A stretch of 64,000 bases of DNA from an uncultured Candidatus Saccharibacteria bacterium (GCA_965230995.1 OZ246398.1:656213-720212), one strand, 5' to 3'. Shown: positions 7,734 through 20,323, counted from the first letter of the stretch. Program-made: numbers and translations. The notes: generated from the letters alone by a model not told the origin.

Positions 7734-8453
7734 TTATTTTTTCTTACCTTTTAGATAATATTCTAAAGTATATATCCAATCTTGTTCGCCTTCTGGTTTG
7801 ACTTTCTTTTGAGTAAGTAGCCATTCGAGATAGCCCCTATCTCTAATTGCAATATTATCAACGCTCTCTCCTCTGTATTTTCCAAATGCAAAAGTTTTTA
7901 TTAAGGTCGGCAAAGTAGATATTTCTATCATCTTTTTATACATATCTTTCTCGCCATATTTTTTTATGAATTTCTTTTTTAATTCATTGTATATTGCTTC
8001 GAGGACAATAACGTCGCTTTCGGCGTCGTGCGGATTAATTGGTCTATCAAATTTTAAATCAAAATAGTATCGTAAAAATTGTTGATTGTATTCTGGTATT
8101 TCTGCATTTTCATCCAAATGTTGCGCCAATTTCATCGTACAAATGAATTGTGGAATTTCTAGTCTCTCGGCCTTAAGAAGTGCCACATCAAAAGCAGCGT
8201 TGTGCGCAATCAAAATGTGAGTTTTCAAAATTTCTTTTAGTTCATCATAATAGCTTGAAACCTTGAACGGTTCTTTGTCCGCCACCATTTCGTTTGTTAT
8301 ATGAGTAACGCTCATTGCCTTTATTGAAATCGGCAATGGTGGTTTGAAAAATTCGGTTTTTATTACATCTCCTTTTTTATAACAAACCTGACACAAACGA
8401 TCCTTTGTTGTGTCATTGCCTGTTGCTTCTGTGTCTAAAAAAATTATATCCAT
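7734..8453 (-). CDS. DnaQ-like DEDDh 3'-5' exonuclease (DNA polymerase III epsilon-like domain plus C-terminal KYRG domain)
   Basis: FLDTEATG (Exo I) and HNAAFD (Exo II) motifs. C-terminal FGKYRGESV...YLEWLL domain. Confidence 0.7.
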   Translation of the reverse strand: MDIIFLDTEATGNDTTKDRLCQVCYKKGDVIKTEFFKPPLPISIKAMSVTHITNEMVADKEPFKVSSYYDELKEILKTHILIAHNAAFDVALLKAERLEIPQFICTMKLAQHLDENAEIPEYNQQFLRYYFDLKFDRPINPHDAESDVIVLEAIYNELKKKFIKKYGEKDMYKKMIEISTLPTLIKTFAFGKYRGESVDNIAIRDRGYLEWLLTQKKVKPEGEQDWIYTLEYYLKGKKK

Positions 8454-8525
8454 CGTGAGATTATATCAGATACTTTCACATTGTGTAATTTAAAGAAAAA
8501 CGCACTTGTGCGTTTTTCTTTAAAT

Positions 8526-8945
8526 CTATCGATACTTTTCTAATATTTTTAACTTTGCCAGTTCCCTTGCAAGCAAATCTTGGAATCTTGCGTATTCGAC
8601 TTCTGACAAATCTTCATTGTCTGAAAGTATTTTTTCTACCCTTTCTTTTGCTTTCTTTACGGTTTCTTCGTTTAATTCGCTTAGATGGTCTGCGCTATCA
8701 GCGAGCACGGTGACTCTGCTTCCAGGTTTTACTTCGAGAATACCTTTGTATATGTGCAAAATTACATTTTCGCCATCTTTTTTTACAATCACCTCCCCGC
8801 TCTCGACGAGAGATATCATACCGACGTGATTTGCGAGAACAGAAATAACACCTGTTTTTGTAGGCAAAGTTATTTCATCCACCTCATCCTCGTAAACCAA
8901 TCTTTCTGGGGTGACTATTTTAAATGTAATTTTATTTGAAGACAT
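8526..8945 (-). CDS. atpC: F0F1 ATP synthase subunit epsilon
   Basis: 139 aa. Position after atpD and characteristic beta-sandwich plus helical C-terminus sequence. Confidence 0.85.
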   Translation of the reverse strand: MSSNKITFKIVTPERLVYEDEVDEITLPTKTGVISVLANHVGMISLVESGEVIVKKDGENVILHIYKGILEVKPGSRVTVLADSADHLSELNEETVKKAKERVEKILSDNEDLSEVEYARFQDLLARELAKLKILEKYR

Positions 8946-8947
8946 AT

Positions 8948-10333
<1,386 letters not shown>

Positions 10334-11230
10334 TTAATTTGTAATACTTCCCGCTGATATCTCTGCAATCTCCTGAGTGATTCCCGCTTGTCTTGCTCTG
10401 TTGAAATTAATTGTCAGCATTTCAATTAATTTCTTTGCATTGTCAGAAGCACTTTTCATTGCCACCATTCGGCTCGAGTGTTCGCTTGCAAGCCCCTCGA
10501 GCAAGGCCTGGTAGATATAAACTTCGGTAATTCTGGGGAGAATAAAGTCCAGAACTTCTTCGTGACCCGGTTCGTAAACAAAATTTTCGAATGATTCTTT
10601 TCTCTGCTTTTTCTTTTCAATTCCAATTTCAGACATTGTTTCTTCTAAATCCTTTTGTCTAATTGGCAGAATATGTTTTGAGAGTGGAGTGTATGAAAGC
10701 GAAGAATTAAATCTTGTATAAAACAAAATTACATTTTTGTATATTCCTTTTTTAAATTCATCAACTATAAAACTATTAACAGACCACAATTCTTCTTCAG
10801 TTATAAAATCTCCAAGATCTGTAAAAGAAGCGAGTAATTCTCCAGGGAGTTTTTTCATTGTTCTCTCGACGAATTTTCCCATTGCAATATATGAGAAAGA
10901 TTCATTCTTGTGTTCCTTTACATAATTTGAAATTGCCTTTCTGATATTCGTATTATATGCACCACAAAGTCCTCTGTTGCTCGATATTCCAACCACAAGT
11001 GTCTTTTGTGAGTTTTTAGGTGTAGAAAGCAAGACATGAGAAAGCTCTCTGTGAGATGAAAGATTCGAGAGAAGCTCGTTTGCCCTGTTTATAAATTCTT
11101 TTGAATCAATAACGAGCCTTGTTGCTTTTCTCATTTTTGTTGCAGCAACCATTTCCATCGCGCGGGTAATTTTGCGGATGTTTTTTACAGAAGATATTTT
11201 TGAACGTATTGCTTTAGCCTGTAATGCCAT
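10334..11230 (-). CDS. atpG: F0F1 ATP synthase subunit gamma
   Basis: 298 aa, lies between alpha and beta. Conserved C-terminal ITQEIAEI-like helix. Confidence 0.9.
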   Translation of the reverse strand: MALQAKAIRSKISSVKNIRKITRAMEMVAATKMRKATRLVIDSKEFINRANELLSNLSSHRELSHVLLSTPKNSQKTLVVGISSNRGLCGAYNTNIRKAISNYVKEHKNESFSYIAMGKFVERTMKKLPGELLASFTDLGDFITEEELWSVNSFIVDEFKKGIYKNVILFYTRFNSSLSYTPLSKHILPIRQKDLEETMSEIGIEKKKQRKESFENFVYEPGHEEVLDFILPRITEVYIYQALLEGLASEHSSRMVAMKSASDNAKKLIEMLTINFNRARQAGITQEIAEISAGSITN

Positions 11231-12728
11231 ATGATTGTTTAAAAGCTTGAACGGCAGTCTTTACTTCACCTTCAATTTTTTCATCCCAACCTGTCAAAAC
11301 ATTTTTCAAAATAAAGCTTTGATTTTTTTCTACATAATCAAGAAGAGCAGAAATCCATTTTTTGACTTCTTTCACAGAAACGTCATCAAGATAACCTTCG
11401 TTCACTGCATAGATTGAAATGATTTGTTTTGCAACTGGAAGTGGAGAAAATTGTGGTTGCTTCAACAATTCTGTAAGTCTTCCTCCTCGGTCGAGCTGTT
11501 TCTTTGTTGCTTCATCTAGATCAGATGAAAATTGAGAGAACGCTTCGAGCTCTCTAAATTGTGCAAGTGAAAGCTTCATTTTTCCTGCCACTTTTTTCAT
11601 TGCTTTAATCTGAGCGCTTCCACCTACACGAGATACGGATAGACCAACGTTTATAGCAGGTCTAATTCCTTTGTAAAATAGGTTGCTTTCGAGGAAAATC
11701 TGTCCATCTGTTATTGAAATGACGTTTGTAGGAATATATGCGGACACATCTCCAGCTTGTGTTTCGATAACTGGCAAAGAAGTAATCGAACCTCCACCTG
11801 ATTCTTTGTTTCGACGACATGATCTCTCGAGGAGTCTTGAGTGAAGATAAAATACGTCTCCGGGATATGCTTCTCTACCAGGAGGTCTTCGAAGCAAAAG
11901 AGAAATTTCACGATATGAAATTGCGTGTTTTGATAGGTCGTCGTAAACAACAAGCACGTCTTTTTGTTCATCCATAAAATATTCAGCAAGTGCAGTTGCA
12001 GAATATGGAGCGATATATGACATAGCAGCTGATTCAGAAGAGCTTGCAGAGACAATAACCGTATAATCCATTGCTCCGTTCTTTTTCAATATTTCCATTA
12101 TTCTGGAAACCTTTGATCTCTTTTGTCCAATTGCAACATAAACACAAATCATGTTCTGACCTTTTTGGTTTATGATTGTATCAATTGCAAGAGCGGTTTT
12201 TCCAGTCTGCCTGTCCCCAATTATGAGCTCTCTTTGGCCTCGTCCGATTGGAATCATTCCGTCTACCGCCATAACACCTGTCTGCACAGGCTGGTTTACG
12301 GGCTCTCTTGTCATAACACCAGGAGCAACTTTTTCTACTGGATATATTTTGCTTGATTCAATTTTTTCACCTCCGTCTACAGGTCGTAGGAGCGCATCTA
12401 CTGCTCTTCCCAAAAAAGCCTCCCCGACAGGAACAGAGAGAATTCTTCCGGTCTTTTTTACGGTTACACCTTCTGTAACAAAAGTAGCACCATCGAAGAT
12501 AATACTACCAACAGTGTCTTCTTCGAGGTTTAGTGCGAGTCCATAAACAGTTCCATTTTTTGTGTAAAACGAAAGCATTTCCATAGAAGCACAATCAGAC
12601 AGCCCAGAAATTCTGGCTATTCCGTCACCAACTTCGACGACTTTTCCTGTCGTTTCAATTTCGACTTTGTGACCCGTTCCATCTATCTTTTCCTTTATTT
12701 TCTTTATTAATGCTTCTGTGTTTGACAT
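11214..12728 (-). CDS. atpA: F0F1 ATP synthase subunit alpha
   Basis: Walker A GDRQTGKT. 504 aa. Confidence 0.95.
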   Translation of the reverse strand: MSNTEALIKKIKEKIDGTGHKVEIETTGKVVEVGDGIARISGLSDCASMEMLSFYTKNGTVYGLALNLEEDTVGSIIFDGATFVTEGVTVKKTGRILSVPVGEAFLGRAVDALLRPVDGGEKIESSKIYPVEKVAPGVMTREPVNQPVQTGVMAVDGMIPIGRGQRELIIGDRQTGKTALAIDTIINQKGQNMICVYVAIGQKRSKVSRIMEILKKNGAMDYTVIVSASSSESAAMSYIAPYSATALAEYFMDEQKDVLVVYDDLSKHAISYREISLLLRRPPGREAYPGDVFYLHSRLLERSCRRNKESGGGSITSLPVIETQAGDVSAYIPTNVISITDGQIFLESNLFYKGIRPAINVGLSVSRVGGSAQIKAMKKVAGKMKLSLAQFRELEAFSQFSSDLDEATKKQLDRGGRLTELLKQPQFSPLPVAKQIISIYAVNEGYLDDVSVKEVKKWISALLDYVEKNQSFILKNVLTGWDEKIEGEVKTAVQAFKQSYGITG

Positions 12729-12737
12729 ATTTCCTGT

Positions 12738-13121
12738 TTATATTTCTTGTAATTCTTTTTTAAGATTCGCAATCCACCTCTTCAAACTACCGTCATAAAT
12801 CTTTCCGTCATACTCTGCAATAAATCCGCCAAGTAATCCTTCATCAATATCCGTTTCTACTTCATCTTTTGTTACTCCTACGAATTTCTGCACATTTTCT
12901 ATTGATGATTTGCTTGGCTCTTTTGCAAATGAGACTTTTAGTTTTGATAGATTTTTGTCTCTATCAACATAAAAACGAAGTCTTTTTTCAAGTGATGGCA
13001 ACAAATATGAAAGACCTCTATTTTCAAGTTCTGAAATCAAGGCTTCAAAAAAACTAGCAGGAAGTTTTTCCTTTTTTGAAATCTCGTATATTGATTTTGC
13101 TAATTCTTTTGAACGAATCAT
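12738..13121 (-). CDS. atpH: F0F1 ATP synthase subunit delta (short form)
   Basis: 127 aa OSCP-like protein between atpF and atpA. Confidence 0.7.
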   Translation of the reverse strand: MIRSKELAKSIYEISKKEKLPASFFEALISELENRGLSYLLPSLEKRLRFYVDRDKNLSKLKVSFAKEPSKSSIENVQKFVGVTKDEVETDIDEGLLGGFIAEYDGKIYDGSLKRWIANLKKELQEI

Positions 13122-13122
13122 A

Positions 13123-13620
13123 TTATGATGTAATCTTTTTGATTATTTTTTCGTGTTGTACAGCAGAAATTTCAGAAGATAAAACTTTTTCCAATCCTGC
13201 AATTACAAGATCGCTTGTTTTTTTCTTTAGTTCCTTTTCTGATTCAAGTTTCTTTTTTTCAATTATTTTTTCTGCATCTTTTACGACTGCCCTTGCCTCT
13301 TTTTCTGCGTCTTTTATTGCCATCTCAACTGTTTGCTTTGCTTTTTTGTATGCATTTTCGGCAATTACTCCCGCCTCCATTTTTGCTTCAGCAAGAATAC
13401 CTTTCTTCTCTTCTTCGGCCATTAGGATTGCAGTCTTTGCTTTTTGGCTTTCTTCTATGGACGAACGAATATCTTCTTTTCTTTTCTTTAGAATATCTCG
13501 AACGCGTCCAAAAATGAATTTATTGAGTAACCAGAAAATAATCAGAAAGTTTGCCAGGTTAGCCAAAGCAACCTTCCAATCAAATCCTATGTTTCCTAAA
13601 ATATCTAATAAAGTTTGCAT
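13123..13620 (-). CDS. atpF: F0F1 ATP synthase subunit b
   Basis: N-terminal TM helix followed by a long charged helix. Confidence 0.85.
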   Translation of the reverse strand: MQTLLDILGNIGFDWKVALANLANFLIIFWLLNKFIFGRVRDILKKRKEDIRSSIEESQKAKTAILMAEEEKKGILAEAKMEAGVIAENAYKKAKQTVEMAIKDAEKEARAVVKDAEKIIEKKKLESEKELKKKTSDLVIAGLEKVLSSEISAVQHEKIIKKITS

Positions 13621-13629
13621 AAAAGCCTA

Positions 13630-13845
13630 TTAGATAAGGAAGAATGCAACAAGAGCGTAAATAGCTGTTGATTCTGCCATAGCAACACCGATGATCATTT
13701 TTGTGAAAAGCTGATCTTGTATTTCAGGATTTCGTCCCATTGCTTCGAAAGCCTTTGCCATTAGGATACCTTCACCCAAAGCTGAACATCCCATAGAAAG
13801 AGTTGTTATTGCCTTTGCGAGTAATCTCATTGATTCTATTTCCAT
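13630..13845 (-). CDS. atpE: F0F1 ATP synthase subunit c
   Basis: 71-aa hairpin proteolipid with conserved acidic residue (AMAESTAIYALV). Confidence 0.9.
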   Translation of the reverse strand: MEIESMRLLAKAITTLSMGCSALGEGILMAKAFEAMGRNPEIQDQLFTKMIIGVAMAESTAIYALVAFFLI

Positions 13846-13855
13846 TGTTTTTAAA

Positions 13856-14680
13856 TTATTTAATAATTACTTTTAGTTCTTCTACTTGCTTATCTGGCTC
13901 TTCCACATTTCCGACCGAAAGCGAATAATAAGCCGTGATAAGCAAAGAAAAGACGAGGGTTTGGACCAGAGCTGAAAGAAAACCCATCGCCATCCACACT
14001 GCGGGTATGGCAAACGCCACACCACTCATAATAACTGCCGAAAGCACAATTCCTGCATACATATTTCCGAAAAGACGAAGCGAAAGCGATATTACTTTTG
14101 CAATTTCACCGACAATATCAAGTATACCTATACAGAAATCTACAACTGCAAACAGTCCGTGTGATATTCCTTTTCTAAAACCGTGATAAAGCTCTTTTAC
14201 TTTTATGTATTTACCGATGTATTTTATTATTCCGTCTGATTTTAGAGAATAGAACTGTATCAAAAGTATCATCGAAAGAGCCAATGCGAATGTTGTATTA
14301 AAATCGCTCGTTGCTGGTCTAAAGAGAGGCGCCCCGCCATACGTGATTTCGTTTAGTCCAGGAATCAGACTCGAATAATTTGAAAAGAAAATAAAAATAA
14401 ACAGAGCGCTCACCAGAGGAAATACTTTTTCTGTGAGAGCTTTACTGCCAGAAACTGAATAGATGATAGCAAAGACCCCTTCGTATGCCATTTCAATGAA
14501 ATTTTGAAATTTACCCGGAACTCCTTTTGATGCTTTTCTCAAAAATAAAGCGATAATCACGACAATAAGAACAACTAGAAATGCCATAAGTGAAGAGTTT
14601 GCAACAGGGTAGTTTCCGATCGAGAATACGGTTGTCGGACCTACATCTGGAACTTCACTGTGTATTCCTAGTTTAATCAT
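13856..14680 (-). CDS. atpB: F0F1 ATP synthase subunit a
   Basis: 274-aa polytopic membrane protein with conserved Arg-containing helix (LSLRLFGNMYAG). Confidence 0.9.
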   Translation of the reverse strand: MIKLGIHSEVPDVGPTTVFSIGNYPVANSSLMAFLVVLIVVIIALFLRKASKGVPGKFQNFIEMAYEGVFAIIYSVSGSKALTEKVFPLVSALFIFIFFSNYSSLIPGLNEITYGGAPLFRPATSDFNTTFALALSMILLIQFYSLKSDGIIKYIGKYIKVKELYHGFRKGISHGLFAVVDFCIGILDIVGEIAKVISLSLRLFGNMYAGIVLSAVIMSGVAFAIPAVWMAMGFLSALVQTLVFSLLITAYYSLSVGNVEEPDKQVEELKVIIK

Positions 14681-14687
14681 AAATTTG

Positions 14688-14948
14688 TTATTTCTTACTT
14701 TCTTCTATTTCTGCTTTCCTTGATTTTCGATATTTTAAAATGACTATTGTCCAAGATAATGCAAATGCAAGAACGAGAAATATTATTGTGTAGAGACCTT
14801 TTGATCCAAATTTTTCATCCAAAAAAGGTCCAAAAATACTTGCGACGGTAGCCGGTATTGCAAAAACAAAAGCAAGCTGAAGAGCGAGCACAACCATCCT
14901 TGATCCAATTGATTTGCTTTTGTTATCTTGCATAAGAAACACCGACAA
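14688..14948 (-). CDS. AtpZ/AtpI-like small membrane protein preceding atpB
   Basis: 86-aa 2-TM protein in the position of atpI/atpZ. Confidence 0.5.
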   Translation of the reverse strand: MSVFLMQDNKSKSIGSRMVVLALQLAFVFAIPATVASIFGPFLDEKFGSKGLYTIIFLVLAFALSWTIVILKYRKSRKAEIEESKK

Positions 14949-15004
14949 TATACATTATCCAGAAGAAAATTCCTAGTGGATAAGAATTTGACTTTATTCT
15001 GTAA

Positions 15005-16516
15005 TTATTTTTCAAAAAGCGACTCTCCTGCCATAGAAGAAGGCTTTTTTAGGCCAAATAATTCCAAAACAGTAGGAGCTACATCGCACAAACCACCATT
15101 TCTGATTTTCCTATCGGGTATATTAACAATTACAGGAACCGGGTTTGTTGTATGGGCAGTATGTTTAGCACCAGTTGTTTGGTCTATGTTTATCTCTGCA
15201 TTTCCATGATCAGCAGTAATAATCAAAGTAACACCTCTTTTTTCTGCCAGTTCTACAATTTTGCCTAATTCTAGATCGACTTCTTCTATGGCTTCTATTA
15301 TCGCCGGAACATTTGCAGTATGCCCTACCATATCTGGATTGGCATAATTCATCAAAATAAATTCTGTTCCAGATTCAATTTGCTCAATTGCCTTTTCTGT
15401 TATTTCCTTTGCTTTCATCTTTGGAGCCAAATCGTGTGTTGGAACATCTTTTCTGCTTGGAACCATTATATGAGATTCACCCTTGTGCTTTCCTTCGAAA
15501 CCTCCGTTAAAGAAATATGTGACGTGAGCATATTTTTCTGTCTCTGCAATATGAACTTGTGTAATACCTGCATTTGCTAATTCCACAGCAAGAGATGCGT
15601 CCACCCTAAGCGGAGGAAATGCAACGTCACAGTGAAAATCTGCTTCGTATTCTGTTAATGTAACAAAATATATATCAGAATCAGTAGCTTTTTGTATTAT
15701 TTTTTCTGAAAGCATTCTGGCTCTGTCTGCTCTAAAATTGAAAAAGAAGACGCCATCGTGAGCCTTTATTTTGTAGTCATCATTACTTCCATCCGAAAAC
15801 ACTACGGGTTCGATATGTTCATCGACTTTTCCTTTACCATAAAGCTGTTTTAGATATTCTGAAGGTTCGATAGTGCAAAAATCACCCTTACATTCAAACA
15901 AAGCTTTCTCTACTCTCTCAAGCCTGTCCCAATTATGGTCTCGGTCCATTGCAAAAAACCTTCCAGAGAGCGATGCAATAAAACCGATTCCGATTTCTTT
16001 AATTTTATTTTCAAGATTTTTTACATACTCTGCCCCGCTTTGTGGTGGAGTGTCCCTACCATCTGTAAAAATATGTATTGCTACTTTCTTTACTCCTGCT
16101 TTTTTTGCAGATTCAAGAAAAGCAAAAAGATGTTCCATATGACTGTGTACACCGCCCGGACTAAGCAAACCCTGAACGTGTAAAACAGAATTATTTTTCT
16201 TTACGTGTTCAAAAAGTTTTTTAAAAGATTCATTTGTATCAAATTCACCTGCTTTTATTGCATTTGCAATTCTAACCAAGTCTGTTGGAACAGGTGTTCC
16301 AGCACCTAGCGTTGTGTGCCCGACTTCACTATTTCCCATTTGGCCCTCTGGTAAACCCACAGCAAGCCCGCTTGCTTTTAGTAGCGCATGCGGATATGTA
16401 TTCCATAATCTATCAAAATTAGGTTTTTTTGATGCTGCAATTGCGTTATCCTTTGTGTCTTCTCTATATCCCCAACCGTCCAAAATAATCAGTGCTACTT
16501 GTTTTTTTGTATTCAT
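15005..16516 (-). CDS. gpmI: 2,3-bisphosphoglycerate-independent phosphoglycerate mutase
   Basis: 503 aa. Begins ALIILDGWGYRED and carries the metal-binding motifs of iPGM. Confidence 0.9.
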   Translation of the reverse strand: MNTKKQVALIILDGWGYREDTKDNAIAASKKPNFDRLWNTYPHALLKASGLAVGLPEGQMGNSEVGHTTLGAGTPVPTDLVRIANAIKAGEFDTNESFKKLFEHVKKNNSVLHVQGLLSPGGVHSHMEHLFAFLESAKKAGVKKVAIHIFTDGRDTPPQSGAEYVKNLENKIKEIGIGFIASLSGRFFAMDRDHNWDRLERVEKALFECKGDFCTIEPSEYLKQLYGKGKVDEHIEPVVFSDGSNDDYKIKAHDGVFFFNFRADRARMLSEKIIQKATDSDIYFVTLTEYEADFHCDVAFPPLRVDASLAVELANAGITQVHIAETEKYAHVTYFFNGGFEGKHKGESHIMVPSRKDVPTHDLAPKMKAKEITEKAIEQIESGTEFILMNYANPDMVGHTANVPAIIEAIEEVDLELGKIVELAEKRGVTLIITADHGNAEINIDQTTGAKHTAHTTNPVPVIVNIPDRKIRNGGLCDVAPTVLELFGLKKPSSMAGESLFEK

Positions 16517-16559
16517 ACGCGCGATTATACACTATTTTAAGGCTTTTATTCAATGAAAA

Positions 16560-16590
16560 AAGAAAAAGCCCGAACGGGCTTTTTCTTTTT
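16560..16590. terminator. bidirectional rho-independent terminator (AAAGCCCGAACGGGCTTT plus T-run)
   Basis: GC hairpin flanked by A-run and T-run between eno and gpmI. Confidence 0.7.
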
Positions 16591-16592
16591 GA

Positions 16593-17876
16593 TTACGCTT
16601 TGAAAGCTTTTTTTCCTGCAAAGGTTGCTTTTTTGCCAAGGTATTCTTCGATTCGAAGCAATTTATTGTATTTTGCAACGCGATCACTTCGAGATAGTGA
16701 TCCTGTCTTTATCTGACCTGTTCCAAGACCAACAACGACATCAGCAATAGTTGAATCTTCTGTTTCGCCTGATCTATGAGAAACGATTGATGTATAGCCA
16801 GCTTTTTTTGCCATATTTATCGCATCAATAGTTTCTGTTACTGTTCCAATTTGATTTAATTTTATCAAAATTGAATTTCCAGCCTTGATTGAAATACCTT
16901 TTGCTAGTCTTTCTGTATTTGTTACAAACAAATCATCTCCAACAATTTGGACTTTCTTTCCGAGTTTCTTTGTCATCAAAATATATCCATCCCAATCGTC
17001 TTCGTGTAGAGGGTCTTCTATTGATAGGATTGGATATTTAGATACCCAGGCTTCATACATAGATATCATTTCTTCGCTTGAGAGAACTTTGTTTTCACAA
17101 ACTAGATGATATTTTCCATCTTTGTATAATTCGCTTGCCGCAGCATCTATTGCAATTCCGATATCTTTTCCTGGAACATATCCGGCTTTTGTGATTGCTT
17201 CGATAATTAATTCAAGAGCACCTTCGTTTGAAGTAAGTGATGGTGCAAAACCACCTTCATCACCAACAGTTGTAGCAAAACCTTTTTCTTTTAGAATTTT
17301 CTTTAGAGTGTGAAATACATCTGTACCCCACATCAAGGCTTCGCTAAAAGTCTTGGCACCAGCAGGCATTATCATAAATTCTTGCAAATCTGTTGATTTG
17401 TCTGCGTGTTTTCCTCCGTTTAGGATATTCATCATTGGGACAGGAAGTCTCATTTCATAGCCAGTCTTTCCAATTTGTTTAAAATATTTTGCCAAAGGAA
17501 CTTTTTTTGATTGACTTGTTGCTTTTGCAAAAGCCAAAGAAACACCGAGAATTGCATTTGCTCCTAATTTGCCTTTGTTGTTTGTTCCATCTAATTCAAT
17601 CATTGCCATATCGATTGTTTTTTGCGTCCATTCTTTGCCTTTTATCAATTTTGAAATGACTGTATTTATATTTGAAACAGCGTTCAAAACACCTTTTCCG
17701 CCGTATCTCTTTCCACCATCTCGAAGCTCAACAGCTTCGTGACTTCCAGTTGAAGCGCCAGATGGCACAGATGCCCTACCAAAGCTTCCATCCGCAAGTG
17801 TTATTTCAACCTCGACTGTAGGATTACCTCGCGAATCCAAAATCTCTCTTCCCCATACTTTTTTTATTTTTGACAT
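16593..17876 (-). CDS. eno: enolase
   Basis: 427 aa. [13 protein letters not shown] and [13 protein letters not shown] motifs. Confidence 0.95.
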   Translation of the reverse strand: MSKIKKVWGREILDSRGNPTVEVEITLADGSFGRASVPSGASTGSHEAVELRDGGKRYGGKGVLNAVSNINTVISKLIKGKEWTQKTIDMAMIELDGTNNKGKLGANAILGVSLAFAKATSQSKKVPLAKYFKQIGKTGYEMRLPVPMMNILNGGKHADKSTDLQEFMIMPAGAKTFSEALMWGTDVFHTLKKILKEKGFATTVGDEGGFAPSLTSNEGALELIIEAITKAGYVPGKDIGIAIDAAASELYKDGKYHLVCENKVLSSEEMISMYEAWVSKYPILSIEDPLHEDDWDGYILMTKKLGKKVQIVGDDLFVTNTERLAKGISIKAGNSILIKLNQIGTVTETIDAINMAKKAGYTSIVSHRSGETEDSTIADVVVGLGTGQIKTGSLSRSDRVAKYNKLLRIEEYLGKKATFAGKKAFKA

Positions 17877-17929
17877 AATTTTTCTATTTATTGGGCTATT
17901 CTATCATAATTTTATATTGTTAAAAGTAT

Positions 17930-17985
17930 TTGATTTTTTTATAGAACTGTTGTATAGTAATAATAGGTTCGAAACAGTTCCTAAT
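17930..17985 (+). promoter_or_regulatory. promoter of island B gene (TTGATT-17-TGTATAGT) bracketed by 8-bp inverted repeat GAACTGTT / AACAGTTC; predicted transcript starts at ATAGGTTCGAAAC
   Basis: -35 at 17930-35 and extended -10 at 17951-58. The inverted repeat at 17944-51 and 17972-79 flanks the -10/TSS region. Confidence 0.5.
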
Positions 17986-18011
17986 CGGCAATCAATTTAG
18001 CGAGGTGTGTA

Positions 18012-18383
18012 ATGGACGCTGACAGACCTGGAATAGTGATCACCACCAGGGCAGACATCTCTCAGTTCGAGTTCCTGCGTCTGGTTCAGGATGGGTTGCT
18101 CAGATTCATCTGCGAACACGACGATTTAGAGGGGCAGTTCGTAGCCGTGGAGATTAATCTCTCCGACAGTAACCTGCCCGCACGTGGTGAGGGCATCGAG
18201 GCAGAAATCAAGTTCATCTTCTGCTACGACCGGATGACGAGCTTTCCGAGGTATCACCGCTTCTCAATCAACATGGGGAAGCAATTCCTTGAATCGGATA
18301 ACGTTCGCATGATCCACTCGGAGTTCCTTGACAACAGGGACAGCATCACCGTCAAGGCACGTATGGCACTTGCACAACAGTAA
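18012..18383 (+). CDS. hypothetical protein (123 aa) in GC-rich island B
   Basis: About 52% GC ORF with GAGGTG Shine-Dalgarno, own promoter and own terminator. No recognisable domain. Confidence 0.55.
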   Translation: MDADRPGIVITTRADISQFEFLRLVQDGLLRFICEHDDLEGQFVAVEINLSDSNLPARGEGIEAEIKFIFCYDRMTSFPRYHRFSINMGKQFLESDNVRMIHSEFLDNRDSITVKARMALAQQ

Positions 18384-18398
18384 CCGACACAGGAGGAT

Positions 18399-18428
18399 GG
18401 GCGCGTAAAGCTTGACGCGCCTTTTTTG
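18399..18428 (+). terminator. rho-independent terminator of island B gene (GGCGCGT-aaagcttga-CGCGCC plus TTTTTT)
   Basis: GC-rich hairpin plus T6. Confidence 0.75.
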
Positions 18429-18519
18429 ATACAAAAATCCCTATACAGCAAAGAGTTTTTATGATATATTTCTTACTCAATAGAAATATGGGCTGAAAGG
18501 TCTTTTTTAAATAGAATTT

Positions 18520-20319
18520 ATGGAAATCAGAAATATTGCAATTATCGCTCACGTTGACCACGGAAAAACAACCCTAACCGACGCGCTTTTGCGACAAAAC
18601 GGAATGGTAGAAGAGGGAGTCTCTATGGATAGCAATGATCTTGAAAGAGAGCGAGGTATTACAATCTACGCAAAAAATACATCTCTATATTACAAAGGAA
18701 CAAAGATTAACATAGTAGACACACCCGGTCACGCCGATTTTGGTTCAGAGGTAGAGCGTGTTTTGCGATCTATCGATACAGTTCTCCTCGTTGTTGATGC
18801 CCAAGAAGGACCAATGCCTCAGACAAGATTTGTTTTGAAAAAATCTCTCGAACTTGGACTCAAACCTATTGTTGTTATAAACAAAATAGACAAGCCCGCT
18901 TCTGACCCTATCAAAACACACAATTCAGTACTTGAACTATTTTTTGATCTTGGTGCTAACGAAGACCAGGTTAATTTTACAACAGTATATGCAATTGGCC
19001 GTGATGGAATTGCAAAAAGAAAATTAGAGGATGCAAATGAAAATCTCAATCCTCTTTTGGATGTTGTACTCGAAGAAGTCAAACCAAGCCTACCAGATGA
19101 AAAAGAAACTGGTATTGCACAGGTATTCAATCTTGCTTACGACAATTTTCTAGGACGTATGGCTATTTGCAGAGTCTATAAAGGCAACATAAAAATTGGT
19201 GACCCAGTGTTCGTTTTGCATCCAGGCAAAGAAAGCTACAAGGGTAAACTTACAAAAATATTTTCTTTTGAAAATATAAACCGAAAAGAAACTGATATTG
19301 CACAGAACGGAGATATTGTAATGATTGCTGGTTTACCTGAAATTTACATCGGTGACAGTATTGCAACACACGAAGGTGATTCTCCCCTTCCTTCTATTGC
19401 AGTAGACGAACCAACAATTTCTCTAAACTTTTTGGTTAACGATTCACCTTTTGCCGGACGAGAAGGAACTTATGTTACCGGTAGACAAATTCGCGACAGA
19501 CTAGAGAAAGAAATGGAAGTCAACGTTGGTTTGAAAGTGGATTTTTCAAGATCAGATTATTACACAGTCTACGGACGTGGTGAACTTCATATTGCAATCC
19601 TCCTCGAAAATATGCGAAGAGAAGGCTTCGAGGTTCAAGTATCTCAACCTCATGTTGTTTTCAAAATTGAAGACGGTATCAAAAAAGAACCTTTTGAAGA
19701 AGTAATCGTCGATGTACCTGAAGCGGTTTCTGGTGGAATAATCGAAAAATTGAACCTACGAAAAGGTTTGATGATGCATATGGAAACAGAAGGTGGACGA
19801 GTAAAAATGATTTACAATGTCCCAACAAGAGGTCTTTTGGGTTTCCGAGGACAATTCATAGTCGATACTAGAGGCGAAGGAATCCTATCTTCTAGATTTC
19901 TAGAATTCAGAGAATATGCAGGAGAAATAACTCGAACTCTCTACGGTTCAATGATATCTATGGAAAACGGAAAATGCCTCGCATTTGCTTTGGACAACCT
20001 ACAAAAAAGAGGGCTTCTATTTGTTGAACCTGGAAACCAAGTCTACGAAGGACAAGTAGTTGGTAGCGTCACAAAAGGTGATGATTTGTATGTAAACCCA
20101 ACAAAAGGAAAGCAACTTACAAATATGCGAGCTTCTGGTTCAGACGATGGAATATTCCTCGTCCCTGCATTTAAACTGGATATTGAAAGAGCAATGGAAA
20201 CAATGTCAGACGATGAATATATAGAAATCACTCCGGAATCAGTCAGACTTAGAAAAGTCTTTCTCACAAAATCAGCCCGCGACAAAGCCGGCAGGACCAC
20301 TCACAAAGCTGGAGAATAA
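18520..20319 (+). CDS. typA: translational GTPase TypA/BipA
   Basis: AHVDHGKTTL G1 motif, DTPGHADF. 599 aa with the BipA-type C-terminus. Confidence 0.9.
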   Translation: MEIRNIAIIAHVDHGKTTLTDALLRQNGMVEEGVSMDSNDLERERGITIYAKNTSLYYKGTKINIVDTPGHADFGSEVERVLRSIDTVLLVVDAQEGPMPQTRFVLKKSLELGLKPIVVINKIDKPASDPIKTHNSVLELFFDLGANEDQVNFTTVYAIGRDGIAKRKLEDANENLNPLLDVVLEEVKPSLPDEKETGIAQVFNLAYDNFLGRMAICRVYKGNIKIGDPVFVLHPGKESYKGKLTKIFSFENINRKETDIAQNGDIVMIAGLPEIYIGDSIATHEGDSPLPSIAVDEPTISLNFLVNDSPFAGREGTYVTGRQIRDRLEKEMEVNVGLKVDFSRSDYYTVYGRGELHIAILLENMRREGFEVQVSQPHVVFKIEDGIKKEPFEEVIVDVPEAVSGGIIEKLNLRKGLMMHMETEGGRVKMIYNVPTRGLLGFRGQFIVDTRGEGILSSRFLEFREYAGEITRTLYGSMISMENGKCLAFALDNLQKRGLLFVEPGNQVYEGQVVGSVTKGDDLYVNPTKGKQLTNMRASGSDDGIFLVPAFKLDIERAMETMSDDEYIEITPESVRLRKVFLTKSARDKAGRTTHKAGE

Positions 20320-20323
20320 TTTT

